A stretch of DNA of 59,647 nt from a virus, in IMG/VR virus record IMGVR_UViG_3300044726_000022, positions 1 to 59,647 of that record; one strand, written 5' to 3'. The notes beneath the pieces are model-generated. The model ran no database searches, had not been told where the DNA came from, and worked only from the letters and a program-made list of their open reading frames with translations. Positions 27,141-36,578 of this stretch are shown piece after piece. Made by a program: the position numbers and the translations under genes. How positions within the stretch are numbered: position 1 is the stretch's first letter; each line of letters begins with the position of its first letter.

Positions 27141-28106
27141 TCACGCAGCGTCGTAGAGGCGACCTTGCAGCGCGCGATTGCTGCAGCAGAGCTGGCCCAT
27201 CCAGAACAGCGGAATGATCACCGCGTCCTGATTGATAGGCTTCTTCTCGTCGTCCTCGGTCCACCGGGCTTGCGTATGCTCGATGAGGTAGAGGTAGTCG
27301 GTGTTGAGGAAGTAGGCCAATTCGGCGGTGGTGCCGAAATTGGTGTTGCTGTCGAAGATCATCGACGCCGACTTGTACTTCAGGCTCTCGAAGCCAGCGC
27401 TCGCCGACTTGCTGTCGTTGTAGCGCTGGTTATCCTGCAGGCTCTCCTCGTAGACGGAGTAGACATCGTGCGAGGCGACGATGAGGTCCGGCTTGTCGGT
27501 GCCACGCACGCACGCCAGCCAGAGCTTGTTCATCTCACCCTTGATCGTCGCCTTCGACCAAGTGCCGGTGCCAGCCATCTCGGAGAACTGATTTTTCCAG
27601 AAGGCGTAGGTGCCAGCATCGATGCCGCCAACGACGCCCGCACCCGCCGCCTGGATCAGGAGCTGAAGGCCGCCGATCTGGTTGGCGAGAGCGCCGTTGG
27701 AGTAGATGTCGACCGACAGGTTGTTGGCCGCCGTGTGCATGGCGTTCTTCATGCGCGCTTTCACGAGCTTGATGAGCGCCTCGGGGCCGTTGTTCATCCG
27801 CAGCTCGCGGCCGGAAGCCGTGACGTGGATGGCAACCTGCGCCCAGTCGTACTTGGCCGCCGACAGCACGTCGGACGGAATGACCGACAGGTTGTCGAAG
27901 CCAGAGTAGCGCTGGTAGGTCGCGTTGGTGGCGTATTCCAGCGGACGCACGATCTCGTATCCGCCGCTCTCCGTCTCGATCTTCCCCTTGTCCTTGAGCC
28001 AAGTGAGAAGCGCATTGTTGGCCGACACGTTGTCGACCAGCTCAGGCTTGTGGTTCCGCAAGGTCGTCGTCACCATTTCGGTGAAGACAGCATTCGGTGA
28101 GGGCAT
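27141..28106 (-). CDS. major capsid protein
   Basis: 321 aa. ...NNALLTWLKDKGKIETESGGYEIVRPLEYATNATYQRYSGFD... and overall composition look like HK97-fold coat proteins of podoviruses. Strong SD AGGAGG. Preceded by a scaffold-like gene and followed by a hairpin. Confidence 0.8.
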   Translation of the reverse strand: MPSPNAVFTEMVTTTLRNHKPELVDNVSANNALLTWLKDKGKIETESGGYEIVRPLEYATNATYQRYSGFDNLSVIPSDVLSAAKYDWAQVAIHVTASGRELRMNNGPEALIKLVKARMKNAMHTAANNLSVDIYSNGALANQIGGLQLLIQAAGAGVVGGIDAGTYAFWKNQFSEMAGTGTWSKATIKGEMNKLWLACVRGTDKPDLIVASHDVYSVYEESLQDNQRYNDSKSASAGFESLKYKSASMIFDSNTNFGTTAELAYFLNTDYLYLIEHTQARWTEDDEKKPINQDAVIIPLFWMGQLCCSNRALQGRLYDAA

Positions 28107-28129
28107 CTCTGCCTCCTATGTGACGTGGT

Positions 28130-29335
28130 TCAGGCAGACGGACGCCAATCGGGGAAGGCCGCTCGGGCCGCCGCGTTCAGCGTGTCGTCAATGGATGGCT
28201 TGCTCTTGGCACCGGGAATGTTGCCGCGAACAGGTAGCGAGCCGGAACGCCGTCCGCGCTCAGCCGCAGCCTGCGCTTGCTCGCGTTCCTTGTTCATCGC
28301 CGTCTTGCGCTCTTCCTCGATTGACGCCTGGATGCGCTCGCGTTGGTACTGCAACACACGCTCGCGGGTCTGCGGATCGGCGAAGAGCGCCTGCTCATAG
28401 GCCTCCTCCAGTGTGCTCGCCTGCCCGACCTCAAGCAGGTTCGCCATCACTGGACGGAGGTGATCAAAGAACGGCGCTTGCTGCTTGAAGCTATCGATCA
28501 TGCCGCCCAGGTGACGATCCATCGCCGCCTTCTCGGCCTGCTCGATGCCGGTCAGCTTGTTCTTCAGTTGCGCGACCTCTTGCCCCTGCTCTTGCAGGTA
28601 CTGCACCATTCGCGGATCGTAGACGGCAGACTGTGCCTGCTCCGCCGCGCCCTGGTTGCCGTACACATGCTGAAAGTAGGGACGCAGATCGATGCCCTTC
28701 TCGGCTCCGAGCTGGAGCAGCACGCTCACCGGGTCGCTGTCGAACCGCTGCTGGAGCGCCGCAAGCTGATGAAAAGCCTGATGCACGTCAGCGCCTTTGG
28801 ATCGAAAGTAGTCCCGATATTGCGATGCCACTTGCTCAAGCGGCTCGACGGACTTCATGCGCGTCTCAAGTTCCCGTGCCTTCTGCCCATACTGAGTGAC
28901 GAACCTGTGGACATCACTTTCCCGGCGGGCGATCACTGCCTGCACTTCGGGTGGAACTGACGACCATCTGGCCTTCGCCTCAGGTGACCAAGAGTTCGGT
29001 GGATCGATGGCAGGCGCAACACGTCGCTGCGTCTGTTCGGCCGCCGCCTCTGCGGGCTGGTCCGCTTCTTCTCGCCGCACGCCGCCGTCGACAGTCGGCT
29101 GACCGTCGCTGCGTGCGAACTTTCCGTCTGGCGTGCGCGTGCGCTCGCGCTCTTCGCCTTTGTTGTTGGTGTTCCACACCTTGACCATGTCCTCCTCCCA
29201 CCCAGGGGTGGTGTCGAAGGCTTGCGGTCGTGCGGATGTCTTCGGCTCGGGCGCTGAGCGCTCCGGTGCCGGTGAAGGAGGCGCAGGTGTGCTGTCGGGC
29301 GCAGCAGGCGCTGCCCCGTTCTGCAATTCGTCCAT
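28130..29335 (-). CDS. scaffolding-like protein
   Basis: 401 aa, highly charged and helical with a Pro-rich N-terminus. Immediately upstream of the capsid gene. The call is positional. Confidence 0.55.
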   Translation of the reverse strand: MDELQNGAAPAAPDSTPAPPSPAPERSAPEPKTSARPQAFDTTPGWEEDMVKVWNTNNKGEERERTRTPDGKFARSDGQPTVDGGVRREEADQPAEAAAEQTQRRVAPAIDPPNSWSPEAKARWSSVPPEVQAVIARRESDVHRFVTQYGQKARELETRMKSVEPLEQVASQYRDYFRSKGADVHQAFHQLAALQQRFDSDPVSVLLQLGAEKGIDLRPYFQHVYGNQGAAEQAQSAVYDPRMVQYLQEQGQEVAQLKNKLTGIEQAEKAAMDRHLGGMIDSFKQQAPFFDHLRPVMANLLEVGQASTLEEAYEQALFADPQTRERVLQYQRERIQASIEEERKTAMNKEREQAQAAAERGRRSGSLPVRGNIPGAKSKPSIDDTLNAAARAAFPDWRPSA

Positions 29336-29347
29336 TTGTTGGTCCTT

Positions 29348-31135
29348 TTATTCTGGCGCTAATTTCGCCAGCTCGCGCTGGGCATATTCCAGATCGCGCT
29401 CGAAATTCACTGTCGTTGGCGACACTCGCTCGCCATGCATCGCATCAACAGCCCTGGAGCGATCCAGGCGTTGCTGGCTGAAGCGGACCTTGTCCTGCAG
29501 GCGTTCCAGCTCTGGCGGCATCATGCCCGGCTTCCATATGCGCTGATCATTTCCGGTGTGGCTGATCTGCGGCGACCCGTCGCTCCTGATGTAACGGTCG
29601 AGGCCAGTGCCGGTGACCGGACGCTGCTCTGCCCGCTCACCGGAGAATTTACGCTTGAAGGCGTTGTAGGCGTCGATAGAGATCGACGGCCCTTGCGATG
29701 CGCTGTCCGACGTGAAGCTCCACGGCGAGGCGTGGGTCGGCTTGTCCTTGAGCCTATGGCCCTGGATCTGCACGATCTGCTTATCTATCGGAACGTCGTA
29801 CATGTTCCAGTGCTTGAGCCACGGCAGCTCATCCTTCGACAGGTCGGAGCGCTGCTCGATGAGGCCAGCCACCTTCTCGCCAGCGTTCTCCCGATACGCC
29901 CTCTCCAGGGCGGCGTTCTTGAAGCGCGCCGTGATCTGCGGAACCTCGATCTGCCCGTTGGCGAAGTCGGACCACATTTCAAGCGTCTTGTCGTACTGAC
30001 CTTTCGTCTTCGGCGTATTGAGCTGAGCGTCGATGATGAACTCATCGAAGGTGACGTTCTGCCGGTAGCGCGTCAGGCCTTCATCGTAGATCTTGTAGGC
30101 CGGTGTTCCGGGCCTGAGAAGGGAAGCCGCCGTGCTTGTGCCCTGGGCGAACCCTTCCTCGTTCGCGACGAGATGACCGCCCGCCTCATGCAGCGTCGTC
30201 TGACGCGCACCCGGCAAGGTCTTTGCCCGCACCTCGATGTGCCCAGGCGAGATCATGTTCTGCCCGTGGAATTGAGGTGTCGCCTGGAAGTAGCCGCTGT
30301 TGCCGCTGTTGCCGCTGCCGGTAAGGCGCGCGTCGACGGTAGCCTTCTTCGCCTGCGGATAGCCCTCGAAGAACTCGTCGTGCTTGAAGAAGTCCCCGAG
30401 ATCTCCCGTCCATGATTTTTGCGCGGAGCCCTGCCCGCGATTGCGGAGGAAGGCGTTCACGGCCTCCATCTTCAGAAGCTCTTCCTTCACCGCAGGCTTG
30501 AGGTCAGCGTCCTTGTCGCTGATTTCCCACTTCCACTTCCCGTCGGCGAACTTGTCGCTCCACCCGGTCACTTCGACAGTCTCTTCAGGCGTTGCGCCCG
30601 CCGCCTTCATCTTCTTCGCCCTGGCGAGCGCCTTCAGGTCGGCGTTGCGAGCACCCACGCCCATGAACGTCGCCAGACCCTTCCCGGCCAGCGCCTTGGC
30701 GGCCCAGCCGGTAGCGCCGCCGGTCAACATGTCAGTCACCGCGCCGCCGATTTCGCCAACAGGATTGCTCGCAATCGGCGGCTGGTTCGGCCGGATCATG
30801 CCACGCGGGTTCGGCTCCCACTCAGGACCATCCTCGGGCACCTTGAAGGCGTCAGGCACCGCAGCCCAGATGCCCTGCTTCGCCGTCTCGCCCCACGGCT
30901 GCGGGATCGATCCAGGCATCGGCTTGCCGTCCTTGCCGATAGCTCCGTCAGGATTGCCCTGCTTGAGCAGGCGCGCCAGATCAGCCGGTGTCGCTTGGCG
31001 CGGGTAATCTTGCGGGATCGCTTTCTGCTGCCCGGCCCATGCCATGTCATCGAGCGGCAAGGTGAAGGCTGGGTGGTTCGGATCGTAATCCTCGATGGGT
31101 TGCGTATCGGGATCGCGATGCCGGTATGCCATCAC
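29348..31135 (-). CDS. large head-module protein with polyvalent-protein-type (LPD-like) motifs
   Basis: 595 aa. ...TGWSDKFADGKWKWEISDKDADL... and ...TLHEAGGHLVANEEGFAQG... resemble motifs I recall from large polyvalent proteins of phages and conjugative elements. Not a canonical HExxH. Confidence 0.6.
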   Translation of the reverse strand: MMAYRHRDPDTQPIEDYDPNHPAFTLPLDDMAWAGQQKAIPQDYPRQATPADLARLLKQGNPDGAIGKDGKPMPGSIPQPWGETAKQGIWAAVPDAFKVPEDGPEWEPNPRGMIRPNQPPIASNPVGEIGGAVTDMLTGGATGWAAKALAGKGLATFMGVGARNADLKALARAKKMKAAGATPEETVEVTGWSDKFADGKWKWEISDKDADLKPAVKEELLKMEAVNAFLRNRGQGSAQKSWTGDLGDFFKHDEFFEGYPQAKKATVDARLTGSGNSGNSGYFQATPQFHGQNMISPGHIEVRAKTLPGARQTTLHEAGGHLVANEEGFAQGTSTAASLLRPGTPAYKIYDEGLTRYRQNVTFDEFIIDAQLNTPKTKGQYDKTLEMWSDFANGQIEVPQITARFKNAALERAYRENAGEKVAGLIEQRSDLSKDELPWLKHWNMYDVPIDKQIVQIQGHRLKDKPTHASPWSFTSDSASQGPSISIDAYNAFKRKFSGERAEQRPVTGTGLDRYIRSDGSPQISHTGNDQRIWKPGMMPPELERLQDKVRFSQQRLDRSRAVDAMHGERVSPTTVNFERDLEYAQRELAKLAPE

Positions 31136-31491
31136 CCACCGCCACCGCCAGCGTCCATCATCTGCATCGACTGCAGCAGCATCTCCTCTTCCGTCATCGC
31201 AGGCTTCTCGGTCCTCCGCAGGTAGTCCGCGAGCTGCTGCGGATCAGGCTGTCCGGCCGCCTTGCCCATGCTGCCCATGCCGCCGCCGCCACGGCCTCCG
31301 CCAATCTGCTGCGCTTGCGCCTCGACCGGGCGGTTGAAGGTCGGGCCCTGCGCGCCGAGCGGCGGCCGGGGCGGGCCCTGTGGACCTTGCGGCTGCATGG
31401 GCGACGGCGGCCGAGGTGCGAGCGGCACCTGGGGCTGCATGCCCATCACCGGAAGCTGCGGCCGACGTTGCCTCGGGTCGTACATCGTCAT
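31132..31491 (-). CDS. small P/Q/G-rich protein
   Basis: 119 aa track ORF; coupled at both ends (TGATG, ATGA). Confidence 0.6.
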   Translation of the reverse strand: MTMYDPRQRRPQLPVMGMQPQVPLAPRPPSPMQPQGPQGPPRPPLGAQGPTFNRPVEAQAQQIGGGRGGGGMGSMGKAAGQPDPQQLADYLRRTEKPAMTEEEMLLQSMQMMDAGGGGG

Positions 31492-31823
31492 CAGTACGCC
31501 TCGTCAGGAAAGGACGACCTGTTGCCGCCAAGCGGAGCTGGCTGGTCGGAGCCCGGCCCAAAGCTCTCCATCATCCGACGGCGCAGCTCCTCCTCCGACA
31601 GCGCGGGCATTCCAGGCAGGCGCTGATTGTACATCTCAGGCGGCGTCGGCCCATGTTCGCTTAAGCCACGACTTCTGCTGAGGCCGCCACCGGCCGGGTC
31701 GAAGCCGCGCAAGGCGCGAGCCAACTCTTCCGGCGTTGGTTCGCGCGCCGGGCTCGGACGGAAGCGTGGAGGATCGCGCGGAACGCCGAGCACCGGCTGA
31801 TTGGTGTCGTAGTAATTTGCCAT
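31491..31823 (-). CDS. hypothetical protein
   Basis: 110 aa track ORF; GC3-rich. Confidence 0.6.
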   Translation of the reverse strand: MANYYDTNQPVLGVPRDPPRFRPSPAREPTPEELARALRGFDPAGGGLSRSRGLSEHGPTPPEMYNQRLPGMPALSEEELRRRMMESFGPGSDQPAPLGGNRSSFPDEAY

Positions 31824-31838
31824 CGGTAGCGGCTCCCT

Positions 31839-32408
31839 TCAGTACGGCCTCATCAGGTGCGTCCAGGCATCGCCCGGCGAAAAGCCCATCTCGCCCAGCA
31901 AGTCGAGGTTCTCCCGCACCTTGGCGAGGTTCACGATCAGCTCAGCCTGCTCCTGCGGCAGCGTCTTGTCCTCGCGATAGCCCCAGTGCGGGATGCGCTC
32001 GCGCAAGGCCTCGCGCACCTCGATGGCTTCGCTGATGCGCCTGATGGAAGCGTCGATGTCCTTCGCGTACTCCTTGCGCCAGCGCGCATGTTCGGCCCAC
32101 CGCTCAGCCTGCTCACGCTGCTCGCGCACGACCCTGGCCCGCTTGCGCTTCGCCTCAATCTCGACGCGCAGATCGAACCAGACGGTGCCTGCAAGGAAGC
32201 CCTCGACCGGGCTCTTCATCTTCCGCTTGATCTCGCGCTCGACCCGTTCGCAGATGTACTGCACGCGCCCCTTGGTGATGCCGAGCTTGCGGCCGATCTC
32301 GGCGTAGCTCGCTCCCGCAGCCCACGCGCGCCAGATCCGCCGCCTGCGCTCCCAGTACACTTGCCTCTGCGCCAGCGTGTGCGGCAGCACGTCCGACCAC
32401 TTTCGCAT
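31839..32408 (-). CDS. DNA-binding protein with sigma-70 region-4-like HTH
   Basis: 189 aa. ...AGASYAEIGRKLGITKGRVQYICERVEREIKRK... looks like sigma region 4 / LuxR-type HTH. The rest is a charged helix. Confidence 0.6.
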   Translation of the reverse strand: MRKWSDVLPHTLAQRQVYWERRRRIWRAWAAGASYAEIGRKLGITKGRVQYICERVEREIKRKMKSPVEGFLAGTVWFDLRVEIEAKRKRARVVREQREQAERWAEHARWRKEYAKDIDASIRRISEAIEVREALRERIPHWGYREDKTLPQEQAELIVNLAKVRENLDLLGEMGFSPGDAWTHLMRPY

Positions 32409-32743
32409 CAGTCGTCCTTCGGCGGCGCAGGCCGCGCCTTGGCGTCGTTCGTTGCCTGCACCTCCTGCCAGTCCTCGCGGAGCGGCAGGCCGTGCTTGGC
32501 GGCGAAGCGCGGGTTGATGTACCCGCGAGGCTTACGGCGCGGCTCCTGCAGCACGCAATCGTTCTTTTCGAGGTCGTAGCGCTGCTGCGACCGCGACGTG
32601 ATGACGCCGCCGTCGATGGGGCTCCGGTAGTCCTCGATGTCGGATTGAATGTGCGGCATGCACACGCCGTCGCGCTCTGGCTGCTCCATCGGCTCGTTCG
32701 TTCTGGGGTGACGGAAGCATCCGTCGCGCCAGACGTACCTCAC
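32408..32743 (-). CDS. hypothetical head-module protein
   Basis: 111 aa track ORF; stop-start coupled on both sides. Confidence 0.6.
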   Translation of the reverse strand: MRYVWRDGCFRHPRTNEPMEQPERDGVCMPHIQSDIEDYRSPIDGGVITSRSQQRYDLEKNDCVLQEPRRKPRGYINPRFAAKHGLPLREDWQEVQATNDAKARPAPPKDD

Positions 32744-33810
32744 TTGCGCTGGAAGCCTTCAGGCAGGATCAGCTTCGACGCCGCCTGATCCGACTTGACC
32801 TTGAACTGGTCGTTCTTGGCCTGGAACTCGCGTTCAGCGCGATCCTGCTCGATGCCCTGGTTGACGCTCCGCTCGCTGTCGAGCTTGTCCTCGCGCTCCA
32901 TGCGCCGCCCTTCGGTTGCTTCCTCGCTTTGCAGCTTGCGCTGATCGAACGAATGCTTGCCGAGCAGGCCCTGACGCTCGTTGTCGAGCTTGCCGAGGCC
33001 AAGCGCATGGGCCTGCGACCGCTCCTCCAGGCGCTCCTTGGCCTGCTGCGCGAACTCCGACACCCGCTGCTGATGCTCAGCCGCGCGCTGCTGATGGTCG
33101 AGCCGCCGATGGTCGGCCTCAGCCTGGGCAATGCGACCGTCGAGGGCGAGGCGCTCATTGTCGATCTTGAGGCGACCGGCGGCTTCGTTCGCCTTGTCCT
33201 GGCGCTCCTTCTCCTTGGTCGCCAGCTCGTCCGCCTTCATCTTGGCGTCGGCGATCATCTTCATCTGCTCGGGCGTCGGCTGCGGCGGTGCCTTGGCGGC
33301 AGTCCTCGCATCGTCAGCCATGCGGTCGACGGCATCCTCAGCCTGCTTGCCGAGCTTGAAGTTGCGGGCGAACGCCGCGTACAGCTCAAGCGCGCTCTCG
33401 GCCGCGTTCGGGGCCTTCATCAGCATCGGCCCGACGCTCTGCCAGTAGGCCGCCGACGCCGTCAGGAATTGCGTCATATTGGCCTGATTGCGACCGAGGT
33501 CGGCGCGGATCGTGCTGTCGCTTTCGACGTCGATCCGAAAGCCGCGCGCCGCATCCTGGCGCATCATGCCCTCCACCTCCTCGACGGTGGGCTCCTTGAT
33601 GATCTTCTGGTCCTCTTCGGGCGTCGGCGGCTTGGTGCCGGGCCCGGTCGCGCCTGGGTAGGCCTGCTGCATGCCTCCCAGGAGGCCAGGGAAGGCCGGT
33701 GGCGGCATTGGGCCCCCTGGCGCTGCCATCGGGCTGACCGGAGCGCCGGGCGCGCCAGGGGGCATCCCTGGGCCGGGAGGAGGTGGCCCAGGAGGCGGGA
33801 ACGGTCCCAT
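32740..33810 (-). CDS. coiled-coil protein downstream of portal (second scaffold-like candidate)
   Basis: 356 aa. Poly-Pro N-terminus (MGPFPPPGPPPPGPGMPPGAPGAP), then a long charged coiled coil. Confidence 0.65.
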   Translation of the reverse strand: MGPFPPPGPPPPGPGMPPGAPGAPVSPMAAPGGPMPPPAFPGLLGGMQQAYPGATGPGTKPPTPEEDQKIIKEPTVEEVEGMMRQDAARGFRIDVESDSTIRADLGRNQANMTQFLTASAAYWQSVGPMLMKAPNAAESALELYAAFARNFKLGKQAEDAVDRMADDARTAAKAPPQPTPEQMKMIADAKMKADELATKEKERQDKANEAAGRLKIDNERLALDGRIAQAEADHRRLDHQQRAAEHQQRVSEFAQQAKERLEERSQAHALGLGKLDNERQGLLGKHSFDQRKLQSEEATEGRRMEREDKLDSERSVNQGIEQDRAEREFQAKNDQFKVKSDQAASKLILPEGFQRK

Positions 33811-33820
33811 GTCAATCCCT

Positions 33821-35425
33821 CTAATTCGGCCTTATAGGGGGTGCGCCGGGCGGCATCATCATCGGGGGCGGCATCGCGCCGCCGTTCATCCCAGGCATCG
33901 GCGGCGGTGCGTTGACGTTCACCGTCGCGCCGCCGGGCGGCTGCTGCCCCGGAGCGCCCGGAGGCGGCATGCCGGGCGGTCCAGGCGGCTTCTGCTTCTG
34001 CATCTCCGCCATGTTGATCCGCATCTGCGCCGCCGCTTTTTCCTGCATGGTCGGGTACTTGAGCCCGGTCATAATCATCAGGGTCTGCATCGGCAGCTTG
34101 GTGAGCACCTCAGACTTGAGCCGGAACACGTCGCGGGCGAACCGCGCCACTTCCTGCTGCATGCGCTGCACACTGAGGCTTCCCCACTGCGCCTTGAGCT
34201 GCTGCGCGCCGAGCGTCTCGTTCGGGTTGGTCGCGCCGCGCATGACGTCGGCGATCTTGGTCACTTCGTAGATCGTCTGCTTGATGATCTCACGCTGCGC
34301 CACGAGCTGCGCGAGCGCCGCCACCGTCGGCTCCAGCGGGAACCATGTGATCGCCTTCTCGATGCCGCCGCCAGCGCCCGCGATGAACATCTCGGCACCT
34401 GAGATCGGCACCAGCTCGCCGTCGTCGGCGTCGTTGATGGTCTTGATGTCGAGCGTGACGCCAGCGTAGCCGCCGCGTGGACGGAGCTGCCGCACCAGCT
34501 TCTTGATGCGCCGCGTCAGCTCGTTCAATTCCGCGATCAGGTTCTTGTAGATCGAGTAGCTGGAGATCGGCACCAGCGTATCGGTCGAGCTGACGGCCAT
34601 CATCGGGCGCGGCACCGGGAAGAAGCCTTCCAGCTCCAGCGGATCGTCCACCGTCCAGAGCGGATGCTTGCCGAACTCCGGGCAGATGAAGAGCACCTTG
34701 CGAACGTCCTTGTCCCACACTTCCCAGACGCGGGCGCGCTTGCCGAACCGTGGAGCGCCGGTCGACGTGTCCTTCTCGTCCTTGGCACCGGCGCTGTAGG
34801 TGAACGGCACCTGATCGACCACTTCCGGCGGGCAATGCGCTTCGATGTCGGCGCGCGTCAGGTACAGTTCGAACGCACACCACGTCACGTCGATCCAGAG
34901 CCGCCCAGGTCCGCGCCGGAAGCTCCGCCAGGGGACGTACTCAGACGTCACCTCCTCGAAGGCGACCGTCTGATTGTCGGAAAGGTAGTGCGCCGTGTGC
35001 CGGACCCGCATGAGGCCGCGACCGGCGACGGCCATGTCCCAGACACCAGCCGTCATCACGGCGTCGAAGTCGTAGCTGTCCAGGCTGTAGAGGATTGCCC
35101 TCTCCAGAAGATCCGCAACAGCTTTGCCGACAACGTCCTCGTCATTGTAGCGCCGCCGGATGTCTGGAACGGGACGCGAATTGTAGAGCGCCGGAACCAG
35201 CGTCTCGATGTTGGCGTGGTAGATGTTGAAGTCGGCTGAGCTATTGTCCTCGCCGCGATAGGCCAGCACCGCCTCGTCGGCGTTCTCGCGCCACTTCTGC
35301 TCTTCGAGCGATGCGCTCTCGATGGCCTGCAGCCATGCCGAGACGAGATCAGGATCACTGGTCGGCAGATCGGGATCGGGCTTGGGCGGTTGCGGGTTCT
35401 TCGGGTCAGCAACCGTGTAAGCCAT
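33821..35425 (-). CDS. portal protein
   Basis: 534 aa. ...NIYHANIETLVPALYNSRPVPDIRRRYNDEDVVGKAVADLLERAILYSLD... is typical of podovirus-type portal N-terminal regions. First large gene of the head module. P/G-rich tail. Confidence 0.75.
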   Translation of the reverse strand: MAYTVADPKNPQPPKPDPDLPTSDPDLVSAWLQAIESASLEEQKWRENADEAVLAYRGEDNSSADFNIYHANIETLVPALYNSRPVPDIRRRYNDEDVVGKAVADLLERAILYSLDSYDFDAVMTAGVWDMAVAGRGLMRVRHTAHYLSDNQTVAFEEVTSEYVPWRSFRRGPGRLWIDVTWCAFELYLTRADIEAHCPPEVVDQVPFTYSAGAKDEKDTSTGAPRFGKRARVWEVWDKDVRKVLFICPEFGKHPLWTVDDPLELEGFFPVPRPMMAVSSTDTLVPISSYSIYKNLIAELNELTRRIKKLVRQLRPRGGYAGVTLDIKTINDADDGELVPISGAEMFIAGAGGGIEKAITWFPLEPTVAALAQLVAQREIIKQTIYEVTKIADVMRGATNPNETLGAQQLKAQWGSLSVQRMQQEVARFARDVFRLKSEVLTKLPMQTLMIMTGLKYPTMQEKAAAQMRINMAEMQKQKPPGPPGMPPPGAPGQQPPGGATVNVNAPPPMPGMNGGAMPPPMMMPPGAPPIRPN

Positions 35426-35429
35426 CAGA

Positions 35430-35804
35430 TCACCCCGGCTTGTTCAGCTCACCTGCATCGAACATCTCAAGCGCCGCAATCGCCTCGCGGCGGTACACTT
35501 CCCAGGCGTAATGGAGCGCTGTCGGGCGCGGAGCTATCAACAGCCCCTTCGGGCCGAACGGCGAAATCTGCTCCATCACCAACAGATCCGGCTGCGTGCC
35601 TTCGCTCTCGCACAGGCGGCGCGCCAGCTTCTCGATGCGCGGGTCAGGGTCCGACGGACTACCGTACCGGGGAGGATCGACCGGGTTCACCAGATCGTCG
35701 CCAAGAGCCGTCAAGCTCATGCGCGTCGGATACACGCCGGGCGCGTCGTCTTCTCCCCACGGCCGGTCCCAGTGACCTGTCATGCCCGGAGCTTTTTCGC
35801 TCAT
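35430..35804 (-). CDS. hypothetical protein
   Basis: 124 aa from ATG 35804 (ATGA overlap): MSEKAPGMTGHWDRPWGEDD... The upstream part of the track ORF is nonsense. Confidence 0.6.
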   Translation of the reverse strand: MSEKAPGMTGHWDRPWGEDDAPGVYPTRMSLTALGDDLVNPVDPPRYGSPSDPDPRIEKLARRLCESEGTQPDLLVMEQISPFGPKGLLIAPRPTALHYAWEVYRREAIAALEMFDAGELNKPG

Positions 35805-36028
35805 CGTTGCCGCCTCTCCACCGCTTCCAGCACGCTCTTGGCGAGCTGGACGAAGTCCGCCTGCTGCTTGAGCCGCGTCACCTCGGCGACAAGGCCAAGG
35901 ACGACGCCGCGCAGATCCGACAGCTCGCGCTCCAGCACCTCCACGCGCTGCTCCAGGCCGCGCGCCTTGCGCCACGCATCACGCGCATCGGAGGCGGCGA
36001 GATCGGCGCTGGTCGGCGGTTCGAACAT
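35801..36028 (-). CDS. small coiled-coil protein
   Basis: 75 aa track ORF; leucine-zipper-like VEVLERELSDLRGVVLGLVAEVTRLKQQ. Confidence 0.6.
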   Translation of the reverse strand: MFEPPTSADLAASDARDAWRKARGLEQRVEVLERELSDLRGVVLGLVAEVTRLKQQADFVQLAKSVLEAVERRQR

Positions 36029-36029
36029 C

Positions 36030-36254
36030 TCAGTCCCAGAGCGCGATCAGCAAGGTCGCCGTGGTGCCGGTGGAGCGGATCAGCACGGCGTTGACCGGCA
36101 GGATGCTGCCGACCGGCACCGCCGTGAACACCACCGCCGTCTCGCCGGACTTCGGCAGGATGGAGATGTTGCCAGCGCCGCCGACGTAGATGGCATTGCA
36201 GCCAACCACGGTAGCGTCGGAAGGCGTCACCGCCCGCGCCATCGAATAGCCCAT
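36030..36254 (-). CDS. small beta-rich protein
   Basis: 74 aa track ORF; SD GAGGGAG upstream. Confidence 0.6.
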   Translation of the reverse strand: MGYSMARAVTPSDATVVGCNAIYVGGAGNISILPKSGETAVVFTAVPVGSILPVNAVLIRSTGTTATLLIALWD

Positions 36255-36300
36255 GGCAACATCTCCCTCAATCTGCGCGATTTAATTCACCGACGTGCAA

Positions 36301-36540
36301 TCAGGCACCGGCCAGGGTGAGCGTGTCCGCCGACGGCAGGCCGCCGTAGTAATTGGTGCCCCACAACGGCGTCGACAGCAACACCGTCGCAGGGGTCACG
36401 AGCGGCAGGCCGCCGTACCACTTGACGGTGACGGACACCGCAGCCATCGGCGTCACCACAGGGTCGCCTGCCTTCGGTGCGGGCGCTGGCGGATCATCCT
36501 CGCGCATCATTCGCTCTCGGGCGCTCTCTCGCGTGTTCAT
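36301..36540 (-). CDS. hypothetical protein with duplicated YGGLP motif
   Basis: 79 aa; KWYGGLPLV and NYYGGLPSA. Confidence 0.55.
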   Translation of the reverse strand: MNTRESARERMMREDDPPAPAPKAGDPVVTPMAAVSVTVKWYGGLPLVTPATVLLSTPLWGTNYYGGLPSADTLTLAGA

Positions 36541-36578
36541 CGGTGGCTCCTTTCAGGGGTGGGATCTCAACGCTCGGT

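Noticed and set aside
25173-27217. Long + strand ORFs (25173..26606, 25415..27217) across the giant gene and its neighbour
   Set aside because: These are antisense artefacts of Ala/Gly/Pro-rich coding sequence. They are low-complexity S/A/P/R strings with no leader or SD.
30140-30196. HEAGGH as a zinc metalloprotease active site
   Set aside because: The spacing is HExxxH, not the zincin HExxH, and no downstream third ligand motif is evident. It is kept only as a polyvalent-protein-like motif.
36008-36022. GGTTCGAAC, a tRNA T-loop-like string
   Set aside because: It lies inside the well-supported CDS 35801..36028. No acceptor, D or anticodon arms can be drawn around it. No other tRNA-like T-arm was seen in the window.
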